DNA of 63,435 bases, counting the filler, from Octopus bimaculoides (Eukaryota), in NCBI RefSeq assembly GCF_001194135.2. It is 6 parts of 6 records of this genome, joined end to end, with 100 filler letters (N's around TTAATTAATTAA, not from the genome) between each part and the next. Parts side by side here need not be neighbours in the genome. Positions count along the whole stretch, not along the records: positions 1 to 14,021 come from NC_068995.1; positions 14,122 to 23,962 come from NC_068987.1; 4 more parts are not named here. The stretch is one strand, 5' to 3'. Positions 1 to 15,384 of this stretch are shown here, in pieces (the stretch's first letter is position 1; every line of letters starts with the position of its first letter). The notes under the pieces were generated by a model. It was not told where the DNA came from and ran no database searches. It was given only the letters and a program-made list of their open reading frames with translations. A program made the translations under genes and the position numbers.

Positions 1-223
1 TATATATATATATATATGCACAGAATTTTGTCAGCGAACAGGTCGCGGTCTCAAAGTGAGGAAAATATTTTGACAAATTAAATTTAAATGTTGAAGTGAC
101 TCTAACAGTCTTTGTGTGTATTTTAAATGGTTTATAAACACCTTCCACGCTGCAATTGTTTTCGTTCCAGCACACGATCTCAGATCAGGTCACTTGCTAT
201 GCAAGTACATCTCCGTAATATAC

Positions 224-279
<56 letters not shown>

Positions 280-2825
280 ACACACAAACGCACACATATA
301 TACATATATGCACACACATACATACTGCATATAAATACATTGATATATGTTTTGTAGTTATCAGTTAGAGTGGTTTAATACCTCTAAGGGATAATTAAAT
401 CGAAAGTCGCTCTTGGTTATTACCTAGGTAGGTACAGTCTTTTGTAAGGTTGTACGGTAGCTGGTGGTTCCGTTTGTAAACCATAGTTTAGGTTATATAG
501 GAAAAGAAAATGGATATAATAACAATGGCAGGGGAAATAGCACAAAAATTAAACAAAATAGCGATAATATCTGGCTCGTAATCCCCTACATCATGCACCT
601 CAAATCAAATATAGTTCGCTCGTTAATGAAAATAGACGAACACCTAAACGTTAATAATAAATACTCGGAATTATTTAGGAATAAAATCAGAACAGGCCAC
701 AGTCTGACTAATAACTTAGCGACAATAATAGCCTCAATGAATAATTAAAAAAATCTTGACAAATTGTATGAAATTAGAAAGATTGTGAAAATATAAATGA
801 TAACCAACCAACAGGACTCGGTTCCCCACTAAGCGATGATGGGAGAACAAACAGAGATACACTAACACACACATACACACTCATATATATATATATATAC
901 ACGTCAGGCTTCTTTCAGTTTTCNNNNNNNNNNNNNNNNNNNNNNNNNNNNNNNNNNNNNNNNNNNNNNNNNNNNNNNNNNNNNNNNNNNNNNNNNNNNN
1001 NNNNNNNNNNNNNNNNNNNNNNNNNNNNNNNNNNNNNNNNNNNNNNNNNNNNNNNNNNNNNNNNNNNNNNNNNNNNNNNNNNNNNNNNNNNNNNNNNNNN
1101 NNNNNNNNNNNNNNNNNNNNNNNNNNNNNNNNNNNNNNNNNNNNNNNNNNNNNNNNNNNNNNNNNNNNNNNNNNNNNNNNNNNNNNNNNNNNNNNNNNNN
1201 NNNNNNNNNNNNNNNNNNNNNNNNNNNNNNNNNNNNNNNNNNNNNNNNNNNNNNNNNNNNNNNNNNNNNNNNNNNNNNNNNNNNNNNNNNNNNNNNNNNN
1301 NNNNNNNNNNNNNNNNNNNNNNNNNNNNNNNNNNNNNNNNNNNNNNNNNNNNNNNNNNNNNNNNNNNNNNNNNNNNNNNNNNNNNNNNNNNNNNNNNNNN
1401 NNNNNNNNNNNNNNNNNNNNNNNNNNNNNNNNNNNNNNNNNNNNNNNNNNNNNNNNNNNNNNNNNNNNNNNNNNNNNNNNNNNNNNNNNNNNNNNNNNNN
1501 NNNNNNNNNNNNNNNNNNNNNNNNNNNNNNNNNNNNNNNNNNNNNNNNNNNNNNNNNNNNNNNNNNNNNNNNNNNNNNNNNNNNNNNNNNNNNNNNNNNN
1601 NNNNNNNNNNNNNNNNNNNNNNNGAGAGAGAGAGAGAGAGAGAGAGAGAGGTGTGTGTGTGCACGTGCACGCGCGTGTGTGTATGTGTGTGTGCATAGGT
1701 GCGTGCGTGTGTACAAGTTTTGGAAAAAATAGTACTCGAATACCGAAGATAGAGTAGTATGCTTTTTTATTACAATTGCACAAACATCACAAAATCTGCC
1801 ACTCAGAGCTTCATGTACCCGTACATCGGACAGTTGTGATCAAACATTGAATAGAACTCTGATGGTACATGTAATATATGATTTAATATATAGGTAACTG
1901 AATTTGACGAACAAGTATTAGATTTTGACTGGATAATTTACTTTGAAAACATAAGCGGTGTTGTATTCGCTAACGGTTCGGCTGGTCAGGGGTGTATAAA
2001 TTGATCAGTAGAATATCGTATTGTGTAATATGGAAACAAAACTTTAGTGAAGAAGCGAGTAATACATGTCCAGATGAGATTAGCTAATGATAAATAAATA
2101 AATAATAGAGGCGTATAGTTTTCTTAAGCTACACGCAAACAAAGTAGTAGGTACGAGAATACATATCAAAGGCGTATTACTTTAAGTACATCGGGGTTTA
2201 AGTTGCCAGTTGTTTCTGTTTAGTTCCTTCAGATTCGTTTAACACTCACTGCTAATATTCTTTTGTTGTTCTCCTTTCACCGGAAGTCTCTTTCACTGCT
2301 GATCAACTTCCTAGCTAGCCCGCAACGAATTTTCTGTCTACAGATTGTCTGACATGAATCCTGTCCTACAGGCATAACTTTGTTTTATAAATTTAAACGC
2401 CATGGATTCGAAGGACTCCTTTATTTAAAATCCATTAACCATTTTTTGTTACGTATACACATACATACAAACATATAAATCTATAACTATATATTTACCA
2501 AAAAATTACATACGTGCATATGCACATAAGCACACACATATATACATATATAAACACATACACACACATATATATATACACACACACGTATATATAAATG
2601 TAAACACATATCTTTAGCATACATATACCATTATATATGTATGCAGATACACACATAGGCAGGCAGATACACACATACATATGCATATACATTCACGTGT
2701 ATACATGCATACACGCAATTCTACATATATACATATACATATACCTTCATGCATATATATGTACATGTCAACACATACACATACATACATATATACGCGT
2801 CCATATGTACACACAGATATAAACA

Positions 2826-2907
<82 letters not shown>

Positions 2908-3394
2908 CATACTTATGTGTGGTGTCCAGAGTAAAAAAAAGAAAAAAAGAGAAATGGAAAAGAGAAAAATAATCTAGTAATTATATTAGTTACGTAAGAA
3001 AGTGTCTAAATGTTATTGAAAGAGAAGGGGCTGTAGGAAAAGATAGAAAAGAGATGGCGGTGATCGTAAAGAAAATCAAACACGCATATACATATAAATA
3101 CATACAATTATGTGCGTATGTACATATATATATATATTCATGCGCTCTTGTGCGTATAATATACGTGAATACAACAGAACCTGTACATGTATGGACGCGT
3201 GCGACCATATACATGTTTTCTTGTCACAATTTGGTTGTTATATATATAATAACAATGTATATAATAGATGTGCAATGTTATTTTCGATCATGCTTCACAA
3301 AGAAACACAGGATCTTCTCTCAAGTTGGAATGTAGCCAGGAACATTGTAATATTGCTCTTGGACTCACGTTCTCAGACAATTTCATATTCCAGA

Positions 3395-5600
3395 CAATTT
3401 CGCTTCTAGGTATGTATATACGTTTATGCACATCCGATTGATTCTTTAGTATGTAGTGCTTATAATAGTCTTGTATTATGCACTATGGTATCTTAGGTTT
3501 ATTGATATTCTTCTTTACTTTCTGGATCTATAGAAATGTCACTGCTTCCCAAAGTAGCCTGAATGATAATCTACTTCTTAGACATTTTTAGAAATAGTCA
3601 CATACAGGATAGATACGAAGAAAGAAATAATTCTGGAGGGGTGCAGTTCCGATGAAGAAAAGAGTTGAAGTTTTCATTAGTGTAGGGCCTGTAGGGTTTC
3701 ACTCAACCAGGGTGATAAGAGAAAGCCAAGTTATTTCTGAATAAAGTTAGTATGAACATACGCAGCTTCGAGACCATCAACATTTACAAGAGTGATAGAA
3801 GAGACACATAACCTATTACTGAGTTATTACATACTGAGTCTGTAATGTGAAATAACACAAACGTTGGGTTATTTCATTGTTTACACACATACTAAAAAGG
3901 GAAATATTCTCATAGAGATGATTCGACACTTATTTATCCCTAGACCTCCCAACCACAGTCATTCCATGAATGAAGATCATAAATATATTCTTCCACGTAA
4001 CCTTGTCTTTTTTAACAGCAACATACCTCAAATACTAAACATTTCAAAAGAAAACTTGTCACACCACACAACCACGAAACAAAAGTATCATTCAAATAAA
4101 ACTCCCAGATTAGCTCCAAGTATTGGATTTCATTACCACTATGGATCCTTCCTCGTGAAAGCACCTCCTTAACAATTTTAGGGCTGCATTTAAAAGACAA
4201 GCTCCACCTCTTCGAGACCAGAAAATATTTCAGCCTTCTTCTGATATTATGACATACCAAAAGAAAGCCCAGAAGTATCTCGTGCCTATATTGTTTATTG
4301 CATGCTAAACACCGCCGCAGAACTCTCATATTTGTGATGGGGATATTGTCACGCATTCAAAGATGATCCGCTTGGCAAAATGATAAAACATCCGTGAGGC
4401 ACCCTCTAATCTCTGGTAAAACACTAAGAGCTTTCACATGATTCATTTCCACGTTTTAATTCTCTTTCTCGTGATCTCATTACCGAATGACCTCATGCAC
4501 TTTAAAGAGCAAAGAATTTAGGCATTATCCTAATCATTCTTGTAGTCTATTCAGTCAAAAGCTAATATCTTCTTTCTTATTCGTGCCTCAGTTAGTATGA
4601 TGTTATCGATATGCAATGGGTCAGCGGTTCTTCTTGACTTGTCTCAGCATCCCTTTTGCAGCATTGTTGATAGATACTGCTTGTCCAGAAAGCTATGCAG
4701 TTTACTTGAACTGATGCAATATAATAATTTCTAGAGTCTTAGAAAGCTTGTTACATACTTATCATAACTGATTTACAACATCTTTTCTTTGCCCTTACTT
4801 GTGTTTCATTGTCTATGCATTCAATTAAAAAAAAAAAGGATATATACAGCATCGCACGCTTGAGTGTTTTTTGTTTTTTGCTTTTGTTTTTGTTGGTCAA
4901 AATCCGTGAATATAATCTGGTCTAGAGGATTACCAAGTTGGCATTATCGTAAAGATTTTTTGTTGTTCTATGTGTAATATTCCTATTTTCTATCTTTTTC
5001 TTTATCTCTTTTATTCTTTATCCATTTTGTTTTGAAATTTTCATAACCTGCTACGGCGAACCTTTTTGCCCCAAGCATGTGATCAATTGTTCTTTATCAT
5101 TCCTTGCTGCTTCAACATTTGCCGCTTTATTCCGCTGGTGTTCATTTTCTTCATTCACCTGTTGCTAAAATGTCCTTTCATTATTTCTGAAGAGCCTGTT
5201 CTGCTGATCTTTATTTATTCCTTGTTGGTATCTGTTTTGTTCTATACGTGATATCGCCTTTAATTTTTTTTACCTCTTCCCTAACTACCTGTAATCTGTT
5301 GTGTCTTATGTTCTACTTCCTTTGCAGTTCGTTCCATTCTTTTCCTTCACCAGCATTTTTATCCTTACAAGATCTTTATTGAGCTTTGAACTGGATTCCC
5401 AAGTCTCCATTTCCAGAATTTCTCTCATTTTCCCATTTTCCTTGACATTTGATCTCAATAATCCCTATAGCATGAGAAGCATTGCACTATATAAGATCGT
5501 TCAGATCTGTTGCGTTCTCAACATTGACGGTTGTTAACAACTCGCTCAGCTTCTTTACTACTTTACAAAGATTTTTCCCTTTTGATTCTCTTCAGAGCTG
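3395..5600 (-). mobile_element. Decayed R4/Dong-like non-LTR retrotransposon ORF remnant
   Basis: Collinear minus-strand motifs with stops and frameshifts: QNRLFRNNER (~5190), DNIILTEARIRKR..*IDYK in the RT (~4540-4610), and SDVHKRIYIPRSE (~3400-3437, cf. DV.RLY.PR..GGRG). Confidence 0.6.
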
Positions 5601-5752
5601 ATATTTTCAATCTTTGACTTGTTCGGTTCTCATTTATACATTGTTGTGAGCAATATTCCTCCAATTTAATATCCTATCATACTTTGAATTAAAACTGGCG
5701 TGTTACATAATGACTGTTGTTTACCCCTAATGAGTTATGGTCATCTCTACTG

Positions 5753-5880
5753 TTTCTTCTTCTTCTTCTTCTTCTTCTTCTTCTTCTTCTTCTTCTTCTT
5801 CTTCTTCTTCTTCTTCTTCTTCTTCTTCTTCTTCTTCTTCTTCTTCTTCTTCTTCTTTCATCGTCGTCGTCGTCGTTGTC
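5753..5880. repeat. (TTC)n microsatellite followed by (GTC)n
   Basis: Directly visible; it explains the poly-S, poly-F and poly-R ORFs. Confidence 0.95.
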
Positions 5881-8800
5881 GTAGCCATCTTCATATTTTA
5901 CTGTTTTAGTTCTAAGTGCTATGGCCAGTCTTTTCACTATTAAATTTCTCCAAACTGAAAGTCTTTGTACCGGTCCAAGAAACATGCCTCTCTCTGTTCA
6001 TATTTTATGCATACTTTTCAGGTCGCTAATCAATTGCAGATATTATTTACAATACAAACAATCTATACACCCTATATTTAGATGAGGTAAATTTCATTGC
6101 AGCATCAAGTGACAAAGCAAGGGCCTCTACCGTATGTTTAGCGCTGACGAGACATTTGGTGGTCATAGGCTTTTAACTGGATTCTCTGCCGAAATACAAA
6201 ACTTATCCTATGATCCCCGTAATAACAAAAACCATCACGAACTTCTCCTATAGTGGATTACAAAGGAATATTCTGAATGGTCGTTGGAACAGAATGCCTA
6301 GTTGCAATACATGATCCAGAAAATTCTAAATGAGAAACTGGAGGGATCCGTGAGGTCTGCGGATTCAATCCCACGTGTGTGTATGGCCATAGATGCAATA
6401 AATGTCATCAATTGGCGTCTAGTTGCAGAGGTTCGAATTGCGTCATTGCGCAGAGGTAGCTAACACCATCTCCCAGTTATCATACCTTCAAATTTCCGCG
6501 AAGTTAACATAGTTTTTCCTTTTTCTTTTCCGTTGTCTGTTATATCAATAAACAATCAAGGACACAGAATCGATTAAATCAATTTGCACATCTCAAACTA
6601 TACCAAATGCACCACAATGTCTCAAAATATGTTCTTGCCTTTTGTATAAGGCAGTTCAAATTGCGATATGATTGAAATTTATATGGAAAACATTTACATC
6701 AAGCCTCCCCACAACTTCTGAAATAAATGTGAACCTAAATATAGGTAAAACAGGAACTAAGAGGGAAATACATGAAATACTTGCTTTGACCAAATGATAT
6801 ACCTTGACTATGCTGTGATTATTTTAAGATTCTTCAAATATTAGGCCCAGTATTATTACTGCCTCACCACTCTTAGTAATAAACTTTGAGGAAAATTTTC
6901 ACTGTTGTAATTTAAGTTTATTGCCAATGATTTTCATATTAATATCTTCGATGTTCACTCCATATCCAAAAGCATGTTGGCAAGAACAATATACTTTAAA
7001 ATTCTTGAAGATTATTTAATGTATTACACAGGTACTAATATTTAGGCTACAATAAAACACACAAAGAATTATGTTGGTTTCATATTTTGGCACAAGGCCA
7101 GCAAGTTCAAGGAAAGGGTAAGTTCATTAGTTATCGACCCTAGTATTCAGTTGGTACTTACGTTATCAACTCTGAAAGATGACAAGCAAATTTGACCTCA
7201 CCGGCATTCAAACTCGGAACGTAAACACGTACAAAATGCCGCTAAGCAGCCTGATGCTTTATGAACAATTAACTGTATTTACAATGAAAGACGTTGACCA
7301 ATAAAATATATTAGCAAAACGGACACAGTCATTTTTAATTTAGTTAAGAACTACGTCACCCATGTACTTTACAAAAAATGGGCCATGAAAGTTCTTGGAA
7401 TCAAAACGTGTTTGATATAGTGACCAGTATAATCTAAGTTACATTACGATTTGATACGGAAGAACTTATTAGTGTATAATCTGTTTTTTGAAAACATTTT
7501 CATCCATGCTTATCCAATATATTCTCGCCCTTATTTTCTTTAGTATTTAATATTAAACTACTTACAGATAGTTATATCAACTTTTAAGAAATAACATAAC
7601 CCTCAATCTGCCCAAGTCATCTACGAGGAACTGCAAAAGTTATTTATCATACCTCTATTTTAACTAAATTAACTTATATGTGTGTGAACACAACCTAATC
7701 CTTCTGTTTGTATATAAAGCTAAGCTTGTTTCGTATATATGAAGACAAAATTGAAGATATATTAATACGATCTCGAGGCATGGTAATATCCAGTTATAAA
7801 TATACTCATTAGTAGCGGAGTTAGTCTTCTTTCAAATATATGGCGATAAAACAAGATATATCGACATATATGCGTTATATGCATCTATATATTTAAAATC
7901 TCTTGTTACCATTATTGTCAATCACTAATTTCCCCATATGACTCTGTATACAATGTATCTTTATGTATCAGCAATGTATTTTCACAATTTCTCTCCTATG
8001 AGACAACTTGTGATGCAGTGAATTATAACTAACGACATAGTAACTTATATTCACTTACAGATCTCTGTTATAAACATGACCCATGGGAAAAATATAGCCA
8101 TAAGGAAACCACAAACATTTGTAGTTTAATTGGAATTTGAATCGTTAAATATCAAGGTTAGTGTACACACATAATTTAATACTAATTATAAAGTCGAGAA
8201 CAAACAATTTTAATGCTCTGATGAAAAGTATTTGATTTTATTTCACTTTATTTTATCTCTACAATAATTGGTAGAAAACACATCAGCAATTATCGTCTCT
8301 TTTGTAACTCTGAGTGAAAAATCTAACATAACCTTAAGCAGATTTCTTTGAAGCAAACCCCAATCAACGCCATAGAGACACAACCCAAACTTCAAACGTT
8401 AGTTCTGAACGCCACAAATTAGTAAATTAATAGTTATTGTTGTTGAAAAACCACCCTGTCACTGTGATTATTTTCCAATCAAATTCAGTGTATGATATTT
8501 TTGAAGATTATAAACAAAGTCAATACTGCTGTGTGGAATTGTTTCCTTCTCCCTGTTTTTAATACGGAAATATGGTTCTCTGCTAGTCAAGGTTAAAACT
8601 TGAGTAAGTCATATTAATTATCGTCAAAATATGTACAGAACTGGATAAAAAATATTTCAGAATGTACGTACATCCATTTCTGTTTTGAGTTCGATTTCTA
8701 AGGAAGAGGATGGTACATTTTATCTCTCGGTGGTTGAACAAATTTACAACACAAATAGCCGGATAAAGACTTCAGTCATTCACGTTTTGCGGCGTCTTTG

Positions 8801-11363
8801 TAATTAATACCAACTTCATTCCTGTTATATTTAGTATTCACAATTTAAGTAATACATCAGTTTTTGTTCTCTTGAAGCACATATTCGTTACAAATAAGTT
8901 TTGATGTGCATTTTGTTCAAAATAGAATGCAGGAGAGCAGTGTGGTTATATGTACACGGCTTTAAAATAATGGTACGGGTTTGCACGGGAGTCCGATAAG
9001 TTGTTATTTGAGTACAGAAAACAAAGTATCTACAGAGGCATATGTTAAACTGGAGACGTTAGTGTGCTTGTAGCTCGGCACCTTGAAGAGCAACTTTAGA
9101 CGATGGATTGGCAAACAAGTTAAGTTACTTGAATCTTTATTCCATTCGGACTTCGAGTGAACAACAAATGGGCCAATACTATGCAAAGTAAGTAGTATAA
9201 TATTGAAATTCACTGGAGGAAGTTGTCTCAAAAAGGACATGAGGACATAGAGAACAGCAATATTACTTATACGTTATGATGGACTATCTTTCCTAGTCCA
9301 AATTCCAAATTTTAGTCTGTGTTATTTGAAACGTCAGAACTTATGCATATTTTTTAGGTGCTGCGTTGCTCTGGTCGGCCAATCCATTAACAGCCATGTT
9401 TATAGCATAACAAGTTCTATATGTTATCATTGGTGGTCGCAAATATGTGCTGAGGTTGACGCTTCTACAAATATTCCTGCATTGTGAGTCCTGTTCGGAT
9501 TGTGTCAGGCATGCTATTGTTCACATTGTCGCTTTGATGAAGATATAACTCTGTGTTAACCGAAGACGTACACTGAGGACTTAGTATCTCGAATACCGTC
9601 GATCATGCGCAGTGAAACAGGAAATAAAACTGATTTTTTTTTAAAAGTTACTAATATTCAGAAGAAAATCTTTGGAGAATTACGAATAAAATTTTCAGAT
9701 AAATTCTGGAAGTCCACAAGAACCAACTTACAGATCATTTCTAGAAGATTTTCTCCCTAATTTCTTCGGGAAATTTGCAGAAATCTATGAATAGGAAGGG
9801 TTACTAGAAGTGATATATTACCGATTAGATGAGTTGTATTGGTACTGAAGTATTGTCTCTCAGTTTTGTGTGAGGTGCACATAAAATGAAACGATTATTG
9901 TCCAAATAATCTTTCGACATCGGAAAATAGCTGATTTTCCATATAATCATAAACTCTTTCTTTATTTTTCAAAAAATATTTTCCTTTTAATATTTGATAT
10001 TGTATTCTGTCCCTTAGCTCAATCTCATAATAATTGCTTGATATTATTATTTTTTGTATATTGTAATATGTTAATTGAAAAGATCATAATCAAAGATTCG
10101 GTTGAGAATTGTCCATCTACATAAAGAGAAATAAAGTTTTCAAATAATTGCTATTGCAGTTTCGTGCTCATTAATTGCTTTGAACCAATCTGTAACATCT
10201 ATAATGAAATGATTGCCTTAATCAGTGTGATTTTGAAAATAATTAGAAGTACAGACCAATATAACCCACGTATTTTGGCGAAATACAATATTGTGTCTGC
10301 ATTTCGTTTTTCAAGTTCATAAGAACTTCATGTCATCAAACTGATGAAAAAAATTCGTGGTAAGATTAGTTGGAATAGTTTTTGCTTACGTGTAACGAGA
10401 GTGACTACGCTGACATTGAGAAAGGGAAATTTGTGGGGAACCCTATCGTTCAAAAGCTTGATGTCAGCATTGTCATGGTTATGCAATACTCCTCTGGAAA
10501 AGGAATCGGACTCTTAAATTATATCACGAGCATCATTAAGAGAAGAGCCCATACGGAGATCAGGAACAGAGCTATATCTGAATACCGTCCAATATCTATT
10601 TGTATGGCAAGTGAATTCTTCTTACCTAGGAGCGTGCCCGAAGCATACAGCAAGAATAATCAGTAAATTTACCAAAAACATGTAAATACAAGTAGGGACC
10701 TGCAAACTCCTTACGGTTTAAGTCCTATAAAATATAACGATATTGACAAGCATAGTACTCAACAAGGAAAATTCAGCTGTATACAGCTCTCCTCCCAGAA
10801 GAAAATTTAAACAATAGGAAATTATCATTTGTGGATTTTATGCCGCGTAAATTTGATGCACATGTACAGAATTTTCGAACGAATAATGCCTGCCTAAGAA
10901 TTTAATCTAGAACATTAATGAACACATTCGGTGTTTTTCGATGCGAAAAATATATGTTGCAAATATTTTGTAATTAAGTGCTAATCATTTAGTAAGTTTT
11001 GGTTATTTCAAAATTATCGGACGTGAAGTTTCATCATAAAATAGTGGTAAAAAACAGTTTTCAAATATTATAATTTGTTGGAGCTTAACTAACTAAATAC
11101 TTGGAAACAATCAACGTTTAATCATCAGTTTATTTTATGCATTTCCACTTTCATGTGTGCGTTAGATGTAAATGTATGTTATGCAATGCATAAAATTTAT
11201 TTATGCTATATAGACGCAGGAACGGATGTGTGTTAAGCCGTTTCTTTGATAACCACATGTTTCTGGGTTCAGTCTACTATAGCTCTTGACCGACCAAATC
11301 CTTGAGACTGGATCTGATAGACAGACACTGAGAGAAGCACCTCATCTTTATATAGATAGATAG

Positions 11364-11396
<33 letters not shown>

Positions 11397-11522
11397 NNNN
11401 NNNNNNNNNNNNNNNNNNNNNNNNNNNNNNNNNNNNNNNNNNNNNNNNNNNNNNNNNNNNNNNNNNNNNNNNNNNNNNNNNNNNNNNNNNNNNNNNNNNN
11501 NNNNNNNNNNNNNNNNNNNNNN

Positions 11523-11601
<79 letters not shown>

Positions 11602-12144
11602 GAGATAATGAATATTCACGGAAGCAGAATTAATACCAAAAGAAAGTATTTACCTTCTTTTAGCGCAGATGTTAGTTAGAACAAAGAATACTGCGTTATA
11701 TGAGAATAATAACACAATATATTGTGTGTTCTAACACAAAATCGCCTTTAGGTGGGAGATGAATGAACTTCAGTGTTATATTAAAGCCATAGGCATTTTG
11801 AGGTACTTCCTCAATAGACAATATTTTGTTGAATGGAGAATAGACTGTTATGTCTTTGCGAGGCGTTATTGAAAGCCAATGGAATGGAAAAGTGACGTGT
11901 CTTGATAATCCGAGTGGCATACCAGACTGTTTTCGCTCCTCAACGATATAAACACGAGTGCTTTTATGCACAACTATATGTGCTGTCCTCTCATGGTATT
12001 TAACTTGTTATTCTCTCTTATAACACATGTAAGTTAAGCGTCAGATAAATATTACCTTATATACGTACATACATACATGCACACACTTACACACACACAC
12101 ACACACGCACACACACACACACACGCACACACACACACATGCAT

Positions 12145-12235
<91 letters not shown>

Positions 12236-14021
12236 GTAATAGCGTGAACTTAGGAGGGAAATTCATAAATCCTTTAAGGCAACGTACGTTTTCACAAATC
12301 GCTTGTCTGTAATGATGCATTCCCCATCCATAGGATATTACAAATATGATTTGCAATATCAAGGGATCGTTATGACCTCACTTAAAGACATTTCACATAA
12401 ATGAAGTTAGAAGATACGTGTGTGGCGCGCGCGTATTCGTTTGTTTTTGTGTATGCGAGAGTCCCTCACCACCGCTGAATGACCAGTGTTGCTTTGACCG
12501 ATATATTATAAATTTACACATACAAATACGTAAATGCATAAATATATATGTATATAAACATATACTTATATGTGTGTGAGAGCGCGAGTTGCCTGTGTAT
12601 GAAAACATGCGAATGTATAATAATGTATATGCACAGTATATAACAGAACAGAACACATTCGTTTCATGAGATGTTAGGAGTTAGATTATACGTGTCTGTG
12701 TTTGTGTGGATGTGCGTGTGTATGTATTTCTTGGTGTGAGTGAGATATAAACTTATGCCACTCCGTTTAAATGATCTTATACATAAGGTCAGAAAATCTA
12801 TTTCTGATGTCCATTTCGAGCTATTTTCATTAAGCTGTAAGACTTTAAATACTTTATAAATATATCTATATTTGTAATCTATAGTGTATATTGCTCCATT
12901 TTAAAGTTACATTTAAAGAAGATTTCGGTCTAATTAATTTTAATATTTATGACTAAGTAACACTATACTCTCCAAAATAATTTTATATTTCTAGAAAACG
13001 TCTTATCTGCAATACATAAGTATAATTTTTGTAAGAGATGTACAAACATCGTAAAAATATTATGAAGGTACGTTGAAACATTGCTATTTGCATGAAAGTA
13101 GGTTTTGTGGTTATTTCTAAACCTTCATCATTATTTTCCAAATTAGAGTTTAATAAGCTATTTACATATTGCTTAATCTAATTGCCAGGGCATTGTTTCA
13201 TTAATATATTATATTGTAATTAATTTTTTAATGTTATTATGAAAAATAATCTCTTCAAGCCAACGTTTTCACTGGGGAAGTATATTTATTTGTTTCAATT
13301 TTTAATCTTCCAGAAATAAATACTCGTATTGTGTCAATCAAGCATTGTTTGGGGGTTTATTGTTAAAATTGCCATCTATCAATGATGAAGTGCATAGAAA
13401 AAACTTAAATATGTTAATACAGATTCCACTCACAGTTTTATTTTGACATTACTCATACAATTAATATACAAGAAACACAAATGAGAAACCATACGCAGTA
13501 CTATATAGTTTTATCTATATAGAAAATATTTTGTCTAATCAATACGGTATGTTTAGTTTCAAAAATAAGCTTTCATTTTACCTTTTTTCTTATTGTTTTT
13601 TTTTATTATTTTTTTATAACTATTACCTTGCTAAAACAGGTGTACAATTTCCTGATAAGTGGGGTGTCATTTTTTGAAGTTAGAACTTTGAATTACATTT
13701 AACTTCTTTTATAAGAAACTTTTTTTTTTAAAAAAAAAAAAGGAAAATTTCTTGTTCGATTCATTAGTACAGATTAAATTTAGTTGATGTGACGCAACAC
13801 GGTCGAAATACTGGGGATCCCAAAGTTCTCTTACCTTGACGAATCTACTAAAAAGATAAGTTCCTTTCCAATAACGAAATACAAGAGTATTGCGTTCGAA
13901 ACATATTGGGAGTGAATATTTAATTCATCATTCAGATTTTCGCTGTTCAGCGTGTACATGACAGTTTATTATCCCGTTAATATTGTCGTTTTTATGCTCG
14001 CCTAAAAAATGAGGTTTTTAT

Positions 14022-14121
14022 NNNNNNNNNNNNNNNNNNNNNNNNNNNNNNNNNNNNNNNNNNNNTTAATTAATTAANNNNNNNNNNNNNNNNNNNNNNN
14101 NNNNNNNNNNNNNNNNNNNNN
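14022..14121. other. Assembly spacer 44N-TTAATTAATTAA-44N (also at 23963-24062, 45881-45980, 52713-52812, 60280-60379)
   Basis: Five identical 100-bp units. The palindromic 12-mer has TAA in all six frames, so it is artificial. Confidence 0.97.
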
Positions 14122-14135
14122 TTTTTTTTTTTTTT

Positions 14136-14395
14136 GCCATTTTCTGATAAGACAGACATAGACTTGCCCAAATGCATCAATAAAGTAACATTGATATTTT
14201 TTTCATCTGAAATGGAAATGTCAAAGTGCAATATTCGAGCAATTTTGCTATTCAACTTCAAAAAGGACGTAAAGCAGCTGAAACTGCTTGCGACATCAAC
14301 GAAACGTTTGGTGAAGAAATGACCAGTGAGTGGTCAGCTCGAAAATGGTTTAAATGATTTCGCAGTGGAGTCCTCAGCCTTGAAGATCCTGAGCA
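14136..14395 (+). mobile_element. mariner transposase N-terminal (HTH) remnant
   Basis: MEMSKCNIRAILLFNFK/GRKAAETACDINETFGEEMTSEWSARKWFK*FRSGVLSLED with one frameshift and one stop; this is the classic mariner HTH signature. Confidence 0.85.
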
Positions 14396-14878
14396 GTGTC
14401 TTTGAAGTTTCAGTTTAATTGCCTTAATTAGACTATTTGATAAAAGTGGACAAGCCAAATCTTCAAAGCCCCAGCATGGTGCAGCACTCAAGTTAAAACT
14501 AGAAAAGGAGTATACATACACACAGGTATGGCTGTGTGGGTAAGAAGCCTGTTTCTTAACCTTGTGATTTTTGGTTCCATCCCACTGTACAGCACCTTGT
14601 GCAAATATCGTCTGCTACAGCCCCAGGCTGATCAAAGCTTTGTGAGTAAATTTCATAGCAGATTCTGAAAGAAACCATTGTGTGTGTGTGTTGTATTTGA
14701 CTCCCACCACTGTTTGACAACCATAGTGGTGCAACAAAGAGGTTCAGTAGGATATGTACAAGTTCTGGGGTCGATTTGTTCAACTAAATCTGTTAAGGCA
14801 GTGTTCCAGCATGACCACGTTCCAATGTTTCAGTCTAAAGACTGAAACTAGTAAAAGAAATAACAGTTAAAAAATACA

Positions 14879-15265
14879 TAGGAGTGGCTGTGTGGTAAGT
14901 AGCTTGCTTACCAACCATGTAGTTCCAGGTTCAGTCCCACTGCGTCGCACCTTGGGCAAGTGTCTTCTACTATTGCCTCAGGCCGACCAAAGCCTTGTGA
15001 CTGGATTTGGTAGACGGAAACTGAAAAAACCTTCTCATGTACGTATATATATATGTGTGTGTGTTTGTGTCTCCCCCCCCCCCAACATTGCTTGACAACT
15101 GATACTGGTGTGTTTATGTCCCCGTAACTCAGCTGTTCGGTAAAAGAGACTGACAGAATAAGTACTAGGCTTACAAAGAATAAGTCCTGGGGTTGATTTA
15201 CTCAACTAAAGGTGGTGCTCCAGCATGGCTACAGTCAAATGACTGAAACAAGCAAATAAAAGAAT
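14879..15265 (+). mobile_element. tRNA-derived SINE, family A (full-length copy)
   Basis: Head ggagtggctgtgtggtaagtagc...ggttcagtccc with A/B-box-like motifs, a central microsatellite, and 3' ctccagcatggc..cagtcaaatgactgaaaca. Further copies or parts at ~800, 11215, 14524, 17283, 18822, 23628, 26817, 27978, 32445, 35093, 36945, 46920, 47150, 49445, 51843, 53416, 57990 and 59243. Confidence 0.85.
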
Positions 15266-15384
15266 GATTACACATACATGTATGCTTGCATGTGTTTGTG
15301 TGTGCGTGTGTGTCTGTATGAAGTATGTGTTAGTCTCTGTCTATAAATTCTATTTAATTCCTTCTCTCTGTTTTCTATTTTCAG

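Noticed and set aside
464-748. 94-aa ORF with W.VIPY, reminiscent of the Penelope RT-to-GIY-YIG linker
   Set aside because: The similarity is too weak to call without a profile search.
6140-6170. CTGACGA-GAC-loop-GTC hammerhead-like half
   Set aside because: There is no GAAA, stem III or stem I. Other CTGATGA hits (8219, 10341, 30893, 42040, 49980, 53218, 62667) fail in the same way.
9018-9186. Possible exon bounded by tacag and aa|gtaagt
   Set aside because: All three frames contain stops and there is no similarity to the missing ARFGAP1 exons.
10382-10666. 94-aa ORF with ISEYRPISIC, resembling the LINE RT YRPISL motif
   Set aside because: It is a single short motif with no other collinear RT motifs and no convincing splice sites; it may be chance.
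14066-14077. TTAATTAATTAA as a biological motif
   Set aside because: It is always centred in an exact 100-bp N spacer, so it is an assembly linker.
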